Numbered from the stretch's first letter, positions 17,958-25,859 are shown. The stretch is 29,183 bases of DNA from an uncultured Candidatus Saccharibacteria bacterium (GCA_964633555.1 CAZWGR010000001.1:1-29183), one strand, 5' to 3'. Numbers and translations: made by a program. The notes: generated from the sequence alone by a model not told the origin.

Positions 17958-19889
17958 ATGAAAATACCATATTCATGGCTTACAGAAGAATTTGGCAGCG
18001 CTACACCAAGCGTGGAGCAAATTACAGATGCTCTCATAGCACGCTGTTTTGAAGTTGAGGGGGTAGAAAAAGTTGGAAATGAAACAGTAATTGATGTTAA
18101 GGTTTTGCCTGACCGAGCCCACTATGCTTTATCGTGGAATGGTCTTGCATATGAAATAGCTGCAATCTTTGGTATTGAACGAATTGATCGAGGTCACACT
18201 CTGCCACAGGGAGTATTAAGTGCTCCTGAAATTAGTATAGACTCTGATCCACAGAGTGTTCGACGTTATATTGCATGTCGAATTGAAGGTATTGAGCAAA
18301 TTGATACTCCAGCTTGGCTACGTAGCCGGCTTGAAGCCCTTGGCCAGCGCTCAATAAATCTCATTGTTGATTTGGCAAACTATGTAATGTTTGAGACAGG
18401 GCAGCCACTTCATGCTTTTGATGCAAGTAAACTCGCTTCAGAAATCTCCATTCGTAATGCGAACAATGACGAACTATTTACAACCCTTGATTCAAAAGAG
18501 GTTAAACTCAATTCAACAATGGTGGTTATTTCTGATGCAAAAAAGCCACTCGCTCTTGCAGGCATTAAGGGCGGTAAGGATGCAGAGGTAACGAATACGA
18601 CAACCGCTATTGTTCTTGAATCAGCAAATTTTGATCCAGTTAAGACCCGCCGTACTTCAGAAAAAGTGGGTATTAAGAATGATTCTTCAAAACGCTTTGA
18701 AAATAATATAAGTCCTGAGATTGCCATAGAGGGCGTTAAGGCTTTTACTCACTACCTTGCTAAAATTCTCCACGGAAAAAAGATTTCTTTCGGACAGGTG
18801 TACGATTATTACCCTCATCCGCAAATAGCTCAGTCTTGCATAATCTCTGTACAGCAGATCGCTTCAATACTCGGCCGAGAAATCGCTCAAGCCGATGCTG
18901 TGCGAATTCTTGAATCAATTAAATGCGCCGTAGAAGTACAGGATTCTGATTTACTCAAAGTCACACCGCCTGTATGGAGACAAGATTTAGTTATTACTCC
19001 CGACTTTGCCGAAGAAGTGGGACGTCTCCTTGGTTATGAAACTTTGCCAAATAAAATTCCAGAATACACAAAACCAGAACCAGTAAATTCTCAGTATTTT
19101 ATCGTTGAATCTATTAAGAATATTCTTGTAGAAAACGGCTGGACAGAAACAATTTTGTATACACTCGGCAAAAAGGGCGATCTCGAAACCGCATACCCGG
19201 TTGCAAAAGATAAGGCTTTTTTGAGAACATCACTTATTCCGCATTTAGTAGAGAGTGCAGAAGTAAATGCTCGCAATGCAGATTTGCTCGAAATTGATAC
19301 CCTTAAGCAATTTGAAATCGGTAAAGTGTTTCCACAGAATGGTGAAAAGCTATTTGTTGGTTTGGCGTGCATTCATATAAAAAAGCAAAAAGGTAATAAT
19401 CCGGCCCAAGATATTGAATCAATTCTTAAATTAATTGAACAAGAAGTAGGTATATCATGTGCAAACTCTCAGATTGTTGCCCAAGGAAAAGTATCAGCTG
19501 TAGAGTTTGAAATCGACACAGCAGGGTACAATGCACCTCAAAATGCTTCTTATGAAGCTTTTGTCGGTTCTTCATCAGAACAGCAAGTTCGCTACGAACC
19601 ATTCTCACTATTCCCATTCGCAGTTCGCGATATTGCAGTATTCGTGCCTGAGCAGGTTACAGAGGCTGAAGTCCGATCTGTTATTGATACTTATAAGGGT
19701 GAACTTTGTGTTCGCACACGCCTATTTGATGTATTCACTAAAAAGTTTGACGATGGCACAGCGAAGACCTCATATGCCTTTAGACTGGTCTTTCAATCTA
19801 AAGTTGCAACACTTACTGAAGAGCAGATTTCAACCCCAGTACAAGTAATATACGAAGCTTTGAAAGCCAAAGGATGGGAGATTCGCTAA
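17958..19889 (+). CDS. pheT: Phenylalanyl-tRNA synthetase beta subunit (no B2 OB-fold)
   Basis: PDRAHYALS, SINLIVDLANYVMFETGQPLHAFD, LESANF, RQDL...DFAEEV, C-terminal FDX-ACB domain (RDIAV, LFDVF). Confidence 0.95.
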   Translation: MKIPYSWLTEEFGSATPSVEQITDALIARCFEVEGVEKVGNETVIDVKVLPDRAHYALSWNGLAYEIAAIFGIERIDRGHTLPQGVLSAPEISIDSDPQSVRRYIACRIEGIEQIDTPAWLRSRLEALGQRSINLIVDLANYVMFETGQPLHAFDASKLASEISIRNANNDELFTTLDSKEVKLNSTMVVISDAKKPLALAGIKGGKDAEVTNTTTAIVLESANFDPVKTRRTSEKVGIKNDSSKRFENNISPEIAIEGVKAFTHYLAKILHGKKISFGQVYDYYPHPQIAQSCIISVQQIASILGREIAQADAVRILESIKCAVEVQDSDLLKVTPPVWRQDLVITPDFAEEVGRLLGYETLPNKIPEYTKPEPVNSQYFIVESIKNILVENGWTETILYTLGKKGDLETAYPVAKDKAFLRTSLIPHLVESAEVNARNADLLEIDTLKQFEIGKVFPQNGEKLFVGLACIHIKKQKGNNPAQDIESILKLIEQEVGISCANSQIVAQGKVSAVEFEIDTAGYNAPQNASYEAFVGSSSEQQVRYEPFSLFPFAVRDIAVFVPEQVTEAEVRSVIDTYKGELCVRTRLFDVFTKKFDDGTAKTSYAFRLVFQSKVATLTEEQISTPVQVIYEALKAKGWEIR

Positions 19890-19943
19890 ATAGTGTTGCT
19901 AAGCCATTTTGCGGAGCATAAGAAAGCAAAGTGTGACCAATGT

Positions 19944-19967
19944 AAAGGGACAGAAAAGTCCTTTTTT
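19944..19967 (+). terminator. Intrinsic terminator after pheT
   Basis: aaagggac-agaaaa-gtcctttt hairpin ending in a T run. Confidence 0.65.
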
Positions 19968-19975
19968 GGTATAAT
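19967..19975 (+). promoter_or_regulatory. Extended -10 element upstream of gyrB
   Basis: TGG-TATAAT, 24 nt before the ATG. Confidence 0.55.
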
Positions 19976-19999
19976 TACCATAATACTTTTATAAACAAT

Positions 20000-22126
20000 A
20001 TGGCAAAAGAAGATAAAAAAGCTGGTTCATATGGTGCTGATGAAATTCAAGTCCTTGAAGGTCTTGAGCCTGTTCGAAAGCGCCCTGGTATGTACATTGG
20101 TACTACAGGTCCTGACGGTTTTCACCATCTTGTAACCGAAATTTTCGACAACTCCCGCGACGAAGCCATGGGTGGTCATGCTAATGACATTGAAATCACC
20201 TTTTTGCCTGGTGAGCGTGTTCGTGTTGTAGACAACGGTCGCGGTATTCCAGTTGATATTCATAAGCAAACAAAGGTTTCAGCCCTTGAAACAATTATGA
20301 CCGTTCTCCATGCCGGAGGTAAATTCGGCGGCGAGGGCTATAAAGTCTCTGGAGGTCTCCACGGTGTGGGTGCATCAGTAGTAAACGCCCTATCTATTTT
20401 TTGTGAAGTTGTAGTTCATCGTGACGGTGGTATTCACATGCAGGAGTACTCTCAGGGTAAAAGAAAGGCTGCTGTAAAAAAGATTGGTTCAACAAAAAAG
20501 CGGGGTACTATTGTTTCTTTTGAACCTGATACAGCCATTTTTGGACAACAAGAGTTTACCTATGAACGTATTGTAAATCACATGCGCCAGCAGGCGTACT
20601 TGGTTCGAGGTCTTAAAATTACTGTCATCGATGCGCGCCATGCAAGCGATGAAGTTCTTAAACCTCTCGGAACAAAAGGTAAGGATGGTCGTATCGGAAT
20701 TGACCCAACCGAAGTCTATTATATTCGCGATCTGAATCTACAGGTACCATCACACACTTTCTATTTCGAAGGCGGTCTCGCTTCTCTTGTTCGATTTACC
20801 AACCAAATTCTTACACCGCTCCATAAAAATATCTTTTATGTAGAAAAGCCAGCAGAAGGTGTAGAGTCAGTAGAAATCGCTTTGCAATACGCCGATGACG
20901 TATCAAGTAGAATCTTGGCATTTGCAAACAATATTTATAACTCAGAAGGCGGTACGCATATTACGGGTTTCAAAACATCACTCACTCGTACGCTTAATAC
21001 CTATGCCAAAAAGAATAATCTTGTAAAAGGCGACGACGACTCTTTTACAGGCGACGACGTTCTTGAGGGTATAACAGCTGTTGTTTCAGTTAAAATACGC
21101 GAAATCCAATTTGAAGGACAAACAAAAGCAAAGCTCGGTACCGTAGAGGCACAAGGCGCTGTTGCGGGTGTATTTACTGAAGCTTTCTCAGCTTTCCTCG
21201 AAGAACATCCAGATGATGCGAAGGGTATCATAAATAAAGCGGTTCTCGCTATGAAGGCTCGTAAGGCTGCTAAAGCTGCAAAAGATTCTATTTTGCGAAA
21301 GGGCGCACTTGAAGGTACAACTTTGCCTGGAAAACTCGCTGATTGTCAGTCTCGAGATGCTTCAGAGTCAGAACTTTTTATTGTGGAGGGAGACTCCGCT
21401 GGAGGTAGTGCAAAAACAGGTCGCGATCGCCGAACCCAGGCTATTTTGCCGCTCCGAGGAAAGATTCTTAACATTGAGCGAGCACGTCTTGATCGTATGC
21501 TTCAGTCAGAGCAGATCAAAAATCTTGTCCTTGCTTTTGGTACTGCAATTGGCGACACCTTTGACATTTCAAAGCTTCGATATCACAAACTCATTCTTGC
21601 AACCGATGCCGATGTCGACGGAGCACACATCCGTACACTTATTCTAACTTTGTTGTACCGATACTTCAGGCCTTTGCTTGAAGGTGGTTTCGTTTATATT
21701 GCTCAACCACCACTCTATAAGGTGAAGCGTGGCAAAGAAATAATGTATTTCTATACCGAAGAAGAGAAGAACACTGCTCTCGGTTCTGAAATCAATGATA
21801 TGCAGGGAATCGTTTCCACCGATTCAATTAACACAGAATCGACCGCAGTTGATACTTCAATTGATGAAGAAGCACAAGCGGAAGCTGAAGAGACAACAGC
21901 TAAGAAGCCAAAGATTTCTATACAGCGTTACAAGGGTCTTGGAGAAATGAATGCGGATGAATTGTGGGAAACTACCATGGATCCTGCTCGCAGAATCCTT
22001 AAGCAAGTTACTATCGAGGATGGCCAAGATGCTGATAAAGTGTTCGACATGCTTATGGGAACTGATGTTCCTGCTCGAAAACTCTTTATTCAGTCAAATG
22101 CTCGCAAGGCAACTATCGATATTTAG
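20000..22126 (+). CDS. gyrB: DNA gyrase subunit B
   Basis: LEGLEPVRKRPGMYIG, HAGGKF, SGGLHGVGASVVNALS, EGGTH, TOPRIM VEGDSAGG, PLRGKILN, TDADVDGAHI, QRYKGLGEM, LWETTM; gyrA is not adjacent. Confidence 0.93.
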   Translation: MAKEDKKAGSYGADEIQVLEGLEPVRKRPGMYIGTTGPDGFHHLVTEIFDNSRDEAMGGHANDIEITFLPGERVRVVDNGRGIPVDIHKQTKVSALETIMTVLHAGGKFGGEGYKVSGGLHGVGASVVNALSIFCEVVVHRDGGIHMQEYSQGKRKAAVKKIGSTKKRGTIVSFEPDTAIFGQQEFTYERIVNHMRQQAYLVRGLKITVIDARHASDEVLKPLGTKGKDGRIGIDPTEVYYIRDLNLQVPSHTFYFEGGLASLVRFTNQILTPLHKNIFYVEKPAEGVESVEIALQYADDVSSRILAFANNIYNSEGGTHITGFKTSLTRTLNTYAKKNNLVKGDDDSFTGDDVLEGITAVVSVKIREIQFEGQTKAKLGTVEAQGAVAGVFTEAFSAFLEEHPDDAKGIINKAVLAMKARKAAKAAKDSILRKGALEGTTLPGKLADCQSRDASESELFIVEGDSAGGSAKTGRDRRTQAILPLRGKILNIERARLDRMLQSEQIKNLVLAFGTAIGDTFDISKLRYHKLILATDADVDGAHIRTLILTLLYRYFRPLLEGGFVYIAQPPLYKVKRGKEIMYFYTEEEKNTALGSEINDMQGIVSTDSINTESTAVDTSIDEEAQAEAEETTAKKPKISIQRYKGLGEMNADELWETTMDPARRILKQVTIEDGQDADKVFDMLMGTDVPARKLFIQSNARKATIDI

Positions 22127-22183
22127 TAGCATTATTGAGTATCGTTCATTCAGAATAGTGCTTCAAACAAAGGCCGTAAGGTG

Positions 22184-22212
22184 TTGACTATAGCCTTATT
22201 TTGATATATAAT
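22184..22212 (+). promoter_or_regulatory. Near-consensus sigma70 promoter of the PKD protein gene
   Basis: TTGACT-N17-TATAAT. Confidence 0.7.
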
Positions 22213-22222
22213 ATTGAAACGT

Positions 22223-23623
22223 ATGAATACCCACATGAAATACACATTTACTGCCTTTTTTATTGCCCTTTTTGTTGCAACGGCTTTTATTCCGCACGTC
22301 GCTTTTGCTTTATCGCTCGAAAGTATTGCAGATCCATTCTGTGTTTTTCGTGATTGTGATGACGAGGTAAGAAATGTAAATTACGTTAACAGTAATAATG
22401 TAAATAGTAATGTTAACAGTCCTGGTGGTGTGGTTTCAGGTAATTCGGCAATTATTGTAAGTCCTTCAGTGCTTACAAATACAGACTCAAATTCTAACTC
22501 TAATGTAGATTCTAATTATGACTTTGGTCAGCTCGGTGTAAGTTGTAGCTCGGGTACAGCAACTTCTTATGTTGGCCGTACTGTTATTTGGAATGCTTCA
22601 GCATGGGGTGGAAATGGTAACTACTCATATTCATGGACTGGCTCTGAAGGACTTTCTGATTCAGGTTCGTCTGCTTCAATTCGCTACGACAAAACAGGTA
22701 CTAAAACAGCACAGGTTCGTGTAACTTCTGGTGGTCGTTCAGTAACACAGACATGTTCACATTCAATTCTTGTCTATAACTCAAGCTCTGATTATTACGA
22801 TGATTATGACTATGACTACGATGATGACTATGATAATGATGACGATTTGAGTGTTAAGTGTACAGTTGATGACAGAACAGTAAAGGTTGGCGAATCAGTT
22901 CGCTATGAAGCCGATGCTGATGGTGGTTCAAGTTCATACCGATATGAATGGGATGGCTCTGATGGATTTAGCGACACTGGCCGTACAACACGAGTCGAAT
23001 ATGACTATCCAGGAACTTACCGTATGGAAGTCGAGGTTCGTTCTGGTGGCCAGTACGAAACACGTAGTTGTCCAACGGTTCGCGTAGAAGACGATAATGA
23101 TTCAGATCGTTACTATACAACTCAGCGAGTTTCAACAACTTACAATGGTGATCTTACTGCTTCATGTACTGCAGACAGAACATCAGCTAATCCTGGAGTT
23201 CCTGTAACATGGATGGTGTATCCTCGAGGCGGCAATGGTTCATATGCCTATGCTTGGAGTGGTTCAGATGCACTACAGAGCAATCGGGACAGTGTTGTAA
23301 CAGGTTACTATACACAAGGACTTAAGAGTGCAAATGTAACGGTATCTTCAGCTGGTCGCCAAATTACAGTTGCTTGTGGATCGGTTTCTATTACAGGTTC
23401 TGCTGTGCGCACTGGTACAGTTAGTCCATCAAGTGGAACTAAGTCAGGAACAACAGATGTTAAATCTGCAGATAAAGAAACTCTTACAGGCGCTATTGGT
23501 GCCCTAGGTGCAGCTTCAATTCTTTCTCTTAAGAATGCTCCATGGGGTTCAGTTTCTATCCTCGTAATTCTCGTGCTTTTGGGAACAATCTTCTACATGA
23601 TTTACAATAAGAATAAATTATAA
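22223..23623 (+). CDS. Surface protein with three PKD-like Ig domains and a C-terminal membrane anchor
   Basis: Signal peptide (VAFA|); three ~80-aa repeats (22532-22774, 22847-23086, 23153-23392), each with GGxGxYxYxWxGS and a terminal Cys pair; C-terminal TM plus basic tail. Start could also be ATG 22235. Confidence 0.8.
   Translation: MNTHMKYTFTAFFIALFVATAFIPHVAFALSLESIADPFCVFRDCDDEVRNVNYVNSNNVNSNVNSPGGVVSGNSAIIVSPSVLTNTDSNSNSNVDSNYDFGQLGVSCSSGTATSYVGRTVIWNASAWGGNGNYSYSWTGSEGLSDSGSSASIRYDKTGTKTAQVRVTSGGRSVTQTCSHSILVYNSSSDYYDDYDYDYDDDYDNDDDLSVKCTVDDRTVKVGESVRYEADADGGSSSYRYEWDGSDGFSDTGRTTRVEYDYPGTYRMEVEVRSGGQYETRSCPTVRVEDDNDSDRYYTTQRVSTTYNGDLTASCTADRTSANPGVPVTWMVYPRGGNGSYAYAWSGSDALQSNRDSVVTGYYTQGLKSANVTVSSAGRQITVACGSVSITGSAVRTGTVSPSSGTKSGTTDVKSADKETLTGAIGALGAASILSLKNAPWGSVSILVILVLLGTIFYMIYNKNKL
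22790..22846 (+). repeat. Low-complexity Asp/Tyr tract (DYYDDYDYDYDDDYDNDDD)
   Basis: Degenerate GAY/TAY codon repeats between PKD domains 1 and 2. Confidence 0.85.
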
Positions 23624-23688
23624 TTCTTATTGAATGTGAGTACAGCATATGTAGTAATACATATAACGGGTACTATTCAATATAATGT

Positions 23689-23722
23689 CAGCAAAAAACC
23701 GGCCAAGACCGGTTTTTTGCTG
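23689..23722. terminator. Bidirectional intrinsic terminator between the convergent PKD gene and thrS
   Basis: Perfect 14-bp inverted repeat cagcaaaaaaccgg-ccaaga-ccggttttttgctg. Confidence 0.9.
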
Positions 23723-23741
23723 TTATGGCTATGTCACAATA

Positions 23742-25490
23742 CTAAGATCGCTGCTTAATTTCAGTCTCAAGTCGAGCAATTGCTTCTTCGGCAATAATTT
23801 GGCCGATCTGACCATGATCACGACTTTCAAGAGTAATCTTGCCAGCCTCAATATCTTTATCACCAATGATGATTGTATAAGGAGCAAAGGCATCTTTAGC
23901 TTTGCGAACCTTCTTACCAAAGCCGTCATTGGTTGTATCAATACGAGCACGAATACCTCGAGAGCGAAGATCCTTGTAGATTTTCTGTGCTGTTTCAAAA
24001 GCTGTTTCTTTTACAGGTACTACATACACCTGTTCAGGAGCAAGCCAAAGAGGGAATTTACCTGCATAGTGCTCAATAAGGAAGCCAATGAATCGTTCGT
24101 GGGTAGAAAGTGGAGCTCGATGAATACAGAGCGGAGTCTTTTTTGTTCCATCTTTATCAACATAAGTAAGGCCAAAGCGCTCTGGAACCGCAAAGTCTAC
24201 TTGGTTTGTAGCAAGGGTAAACTCACGACCAATTGCTGACCAAATCTGAACGTCAATCTTTGGTCCATAGAATGCACCCTCATCTTCAGCTTCAAAGAAG
24301 GGCACTTTAAGGTCTTGAAGACTTTTGCGAACCATGTCTTCAGTCTTAACCCAGAGAGCTTCATTGTCGATATACTTCTTGCCAAGCTTTTCTTTTGAGT
24401 GCTTTGAAAGGCGCATCTTAAAGCTGTTAATTCCAAAGATCTTGAAATAGTACAAATACATTTCAATAACTTTTTTGAATTCATCGAAGAATTGTTCTTC
24501 GGTACAGTAAATGTGAGCATCATTCATTTGCAAAGAACGTACGCGCATGAGACCAAAGAGTTCACCCGATTTCTCATGTCGATAACATGTGCCGTATTCA
24601 GCTAAGCGAAGAGGCATTTCTTTATAGCTACGAGGTCGCGCATCAAAGATTTTATGATGATGCGGACAGTTCATTGCTTTCAGATAGTATTTACCGCCTT
24701 CGTATTCCATAGGAGGGAACATAGAATCCTCATAATAAGGAAGATGGCCTGATGTTAGATAGAGCTTGTCTTTTGCAAGGTGAGGTGTGTGAACGCGCTC
24801 GTACTCATAAGCAAATTCAGTTTCTTTTGCGAGCTTTTCAAGTTCTTCAATAATTGCTCCGCCATTTGGAAGCCATAGTGGTAAACCAGCACCAACATCT
24901 TCATTGAATTCAAAGATGTCGAGTTCTTTTCCGAGTTTTCGATGATCGCGCTTCTCGGCCTCTTTTTGCTGTAATTCGTATGCTTCAAGCTCTTCTTTGC
25001 TTGAGAAAGCGAGGCCGTATATACGAGTGAGCATTTTATTTTTTTCATCTCCTCGCCAATATGCGCCTGCAATGCGGTAAAGTTTAAGACCCTTCATGTC
25101 GACATTCTTCATAGAATCGACATGTCCGCCACGGCAAAGGTCAGTAAAGTCTCCCGAAGTGTAGAGGGTGATTTTTTCTCCTTTAGCTGCTATTTCATTA
25201 ATGAGTTCTATTTTGTAAGGATTATCTTTGAAGAATTCTAGAGCTTCTTCTCTCGATACTTCTTTTGCTGTAAAACCATCCCAGCTCTTTGAAATTTCGC
25301 GCATCTTTTGTTCGATTTTTCCAAGATCCTTTTCATTGATTGGTTCTGCAAAATCAAAGTCGTAGTAAAAGCCGTTATCAATAGCAGGGCCAATAGTTAC
25401 TTTTGTAGAAGGATAGATTTTAAGAACTGCGCTTGCGAGTAAGTGAGCAAGAGAGTGTCGAATAAGAGCTAATTGTTCGTTGTTGTTCAT
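23742..25490 (-). CDS. thrS: Threonyl-tRNA synthetase (no N-terminal TGS domain; N2 editing domain retained)
   Basis: RHSLAHLL, DLCRGGH, GAYWRG, RDHRKLG, MNCPHH, YRHEKSGELFGLMRVR, AFYGPKID, IHRA. Confidence 0.98.
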   Translation of the reverse strand: MNNNEQLALIRHSLAHLLASAVLKIYPSTKVTIGPAIDNGFYYDFDFAEPINEKDLGKIEQKMREISKSWDGFTAKEVSREEALEFFKDNPYKIELINEIAAKGEKITLYTSGDFTDLCRGGHVDSMKNVDMKGLKLYRIAGAYWRGDEKNKMLTRIYGLAFSSKEELEAYELQQKEAEKRDHRKLGKELDIFEFNEDVGAGLPLWLPNGGAIIEELEKLAKETEFAYEYERVHTPHLAKDKLYLTSGHLPYYEDSMFPPMEYEGGKYYLKAMNCPHHHKIFDARPRSYKEMPLRLAEYGTCYRHEKSGELFGLMRVRSLQMNDAHIYCTEEQFFDEFKKVIEMYLYYFKIFGINSFKMRLSKHSKEKLGKKYIDNEALWVKTEDMVRKSLQDLKVPFFEAEDEGAFYGPKIDVQIWSAIGREFTLATNQVDFAVPERFGLTYVDKDGTKKTPLCIHRAPLSTHERFIGFLIEHYAGKFPLWLAPEQVYVVPVKETAFETAQKIYKDLRSRGIRARIDTTNDGFGKKVRKAKDAFAPYTIIIGDKDIEAGKITLESRDHGQIGQIIAEEAIARLETEIKQRS

Positions 25491-25502
25491 GTATTTAAGT
25501 TA

Positions 25503-25553
25503 ATAATAAAACGCCCGAGCCTATACGCGAATAATCGTGTATATGCTCGGGCG
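25503..25553 (-). terminator. T-box attenuator terminator
   Basis: 9-bp GC-rich basal stem plus 9-bp upper stem (one mismatch), followed by UUUUAUUAUU. Confidence 0.9.
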
Positions 25554-25683
25554 CAAGACTCCGGTCTTCCGCGGTTCCACCGGGCTTCGCTGCGTATATC
25601 TTATATATTACAGCAATCTTTGTAATAGATTAGGCTTTCGCTTGGTTACCCAACTGCGATTGGTAGTCGCAACAATCTCTATT
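25503..25683 (-). promoter_or_regulatory. T-box riboswitch (transcriptional) in the thrS leader
   Basis: T-box bulge UGGAACC (25579-25573) flanked by CGG/CCG and GCG/CGC helices with an AAGAC-CGGA-GUCUU cap. Its 3' strand (25553-25545) is also the 5' arm of a terminator CGCCCGAGC...GCUCGGGCG-UUUU. Candidate specifier ACC at 25664-25662. Confidence 0.9.
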
Positions 25684-25689
25684 TCTTGC

Positions 25690-25718
25690 ATTGTAGCGCA
25701 AGCCCTGTTTTGTTGCAA
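25690..25718 (-). promoter_or_regulatory. Putative sigma70 promoter of the thrS leader
   Basis: TTGCAA-N17-TACAAT on the minus strand; predicted TSS near 25683. Confidence 0.6.
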
Positions 25719-25805
25719 ATGAGACAATTTCACTGCTTGCACAGTTTGCTCACAATTTATACTCAGAAAAATCAAAAAGTTATGAATTTTTTATAGAAAA
25801 AACCC

Positions 25806-25833
25806 TTGCTTAACTCACTCAAAAAACTATACT
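25806..25833 (+). promoter_or_regulatory. Putative promoter of the repeat protein gene
   Basis: TTGCTT-N16-TATACT. Confidence 0.45.
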
Positions 25834-25859
25834 AAATATATATCACTAACTTAATACTC

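Noticed and set aside
19890-19943. Possible small RNA between pheT and its terminator
   Set aside because: Only short, weak helices (tgct/agca) and no recognisable motif.
19890-20000. Replication origin near gyrB
   Set aside because: I found no DnaA boxes (TTATCCACA-like) and no dnaA/dnaN genes in the window.
23685-24239. 184-aa plus-strand ORF over the end of thrS
   Set aside because: Antisense to thrS, begins within the terminator hairpin, and has no domain signature.
25698-25740. GCAAGC/GCTTGC hairpin upstream of the T-box as a canonical Stem I with an ACA specifier
   Set aside because: It overlaps the well-spaced TTGCAA-17-TACAAT promoter and lacks the GA motif, AG bulge and distal T-loop. 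It would need revisiting only if the TSS maps further upstream.
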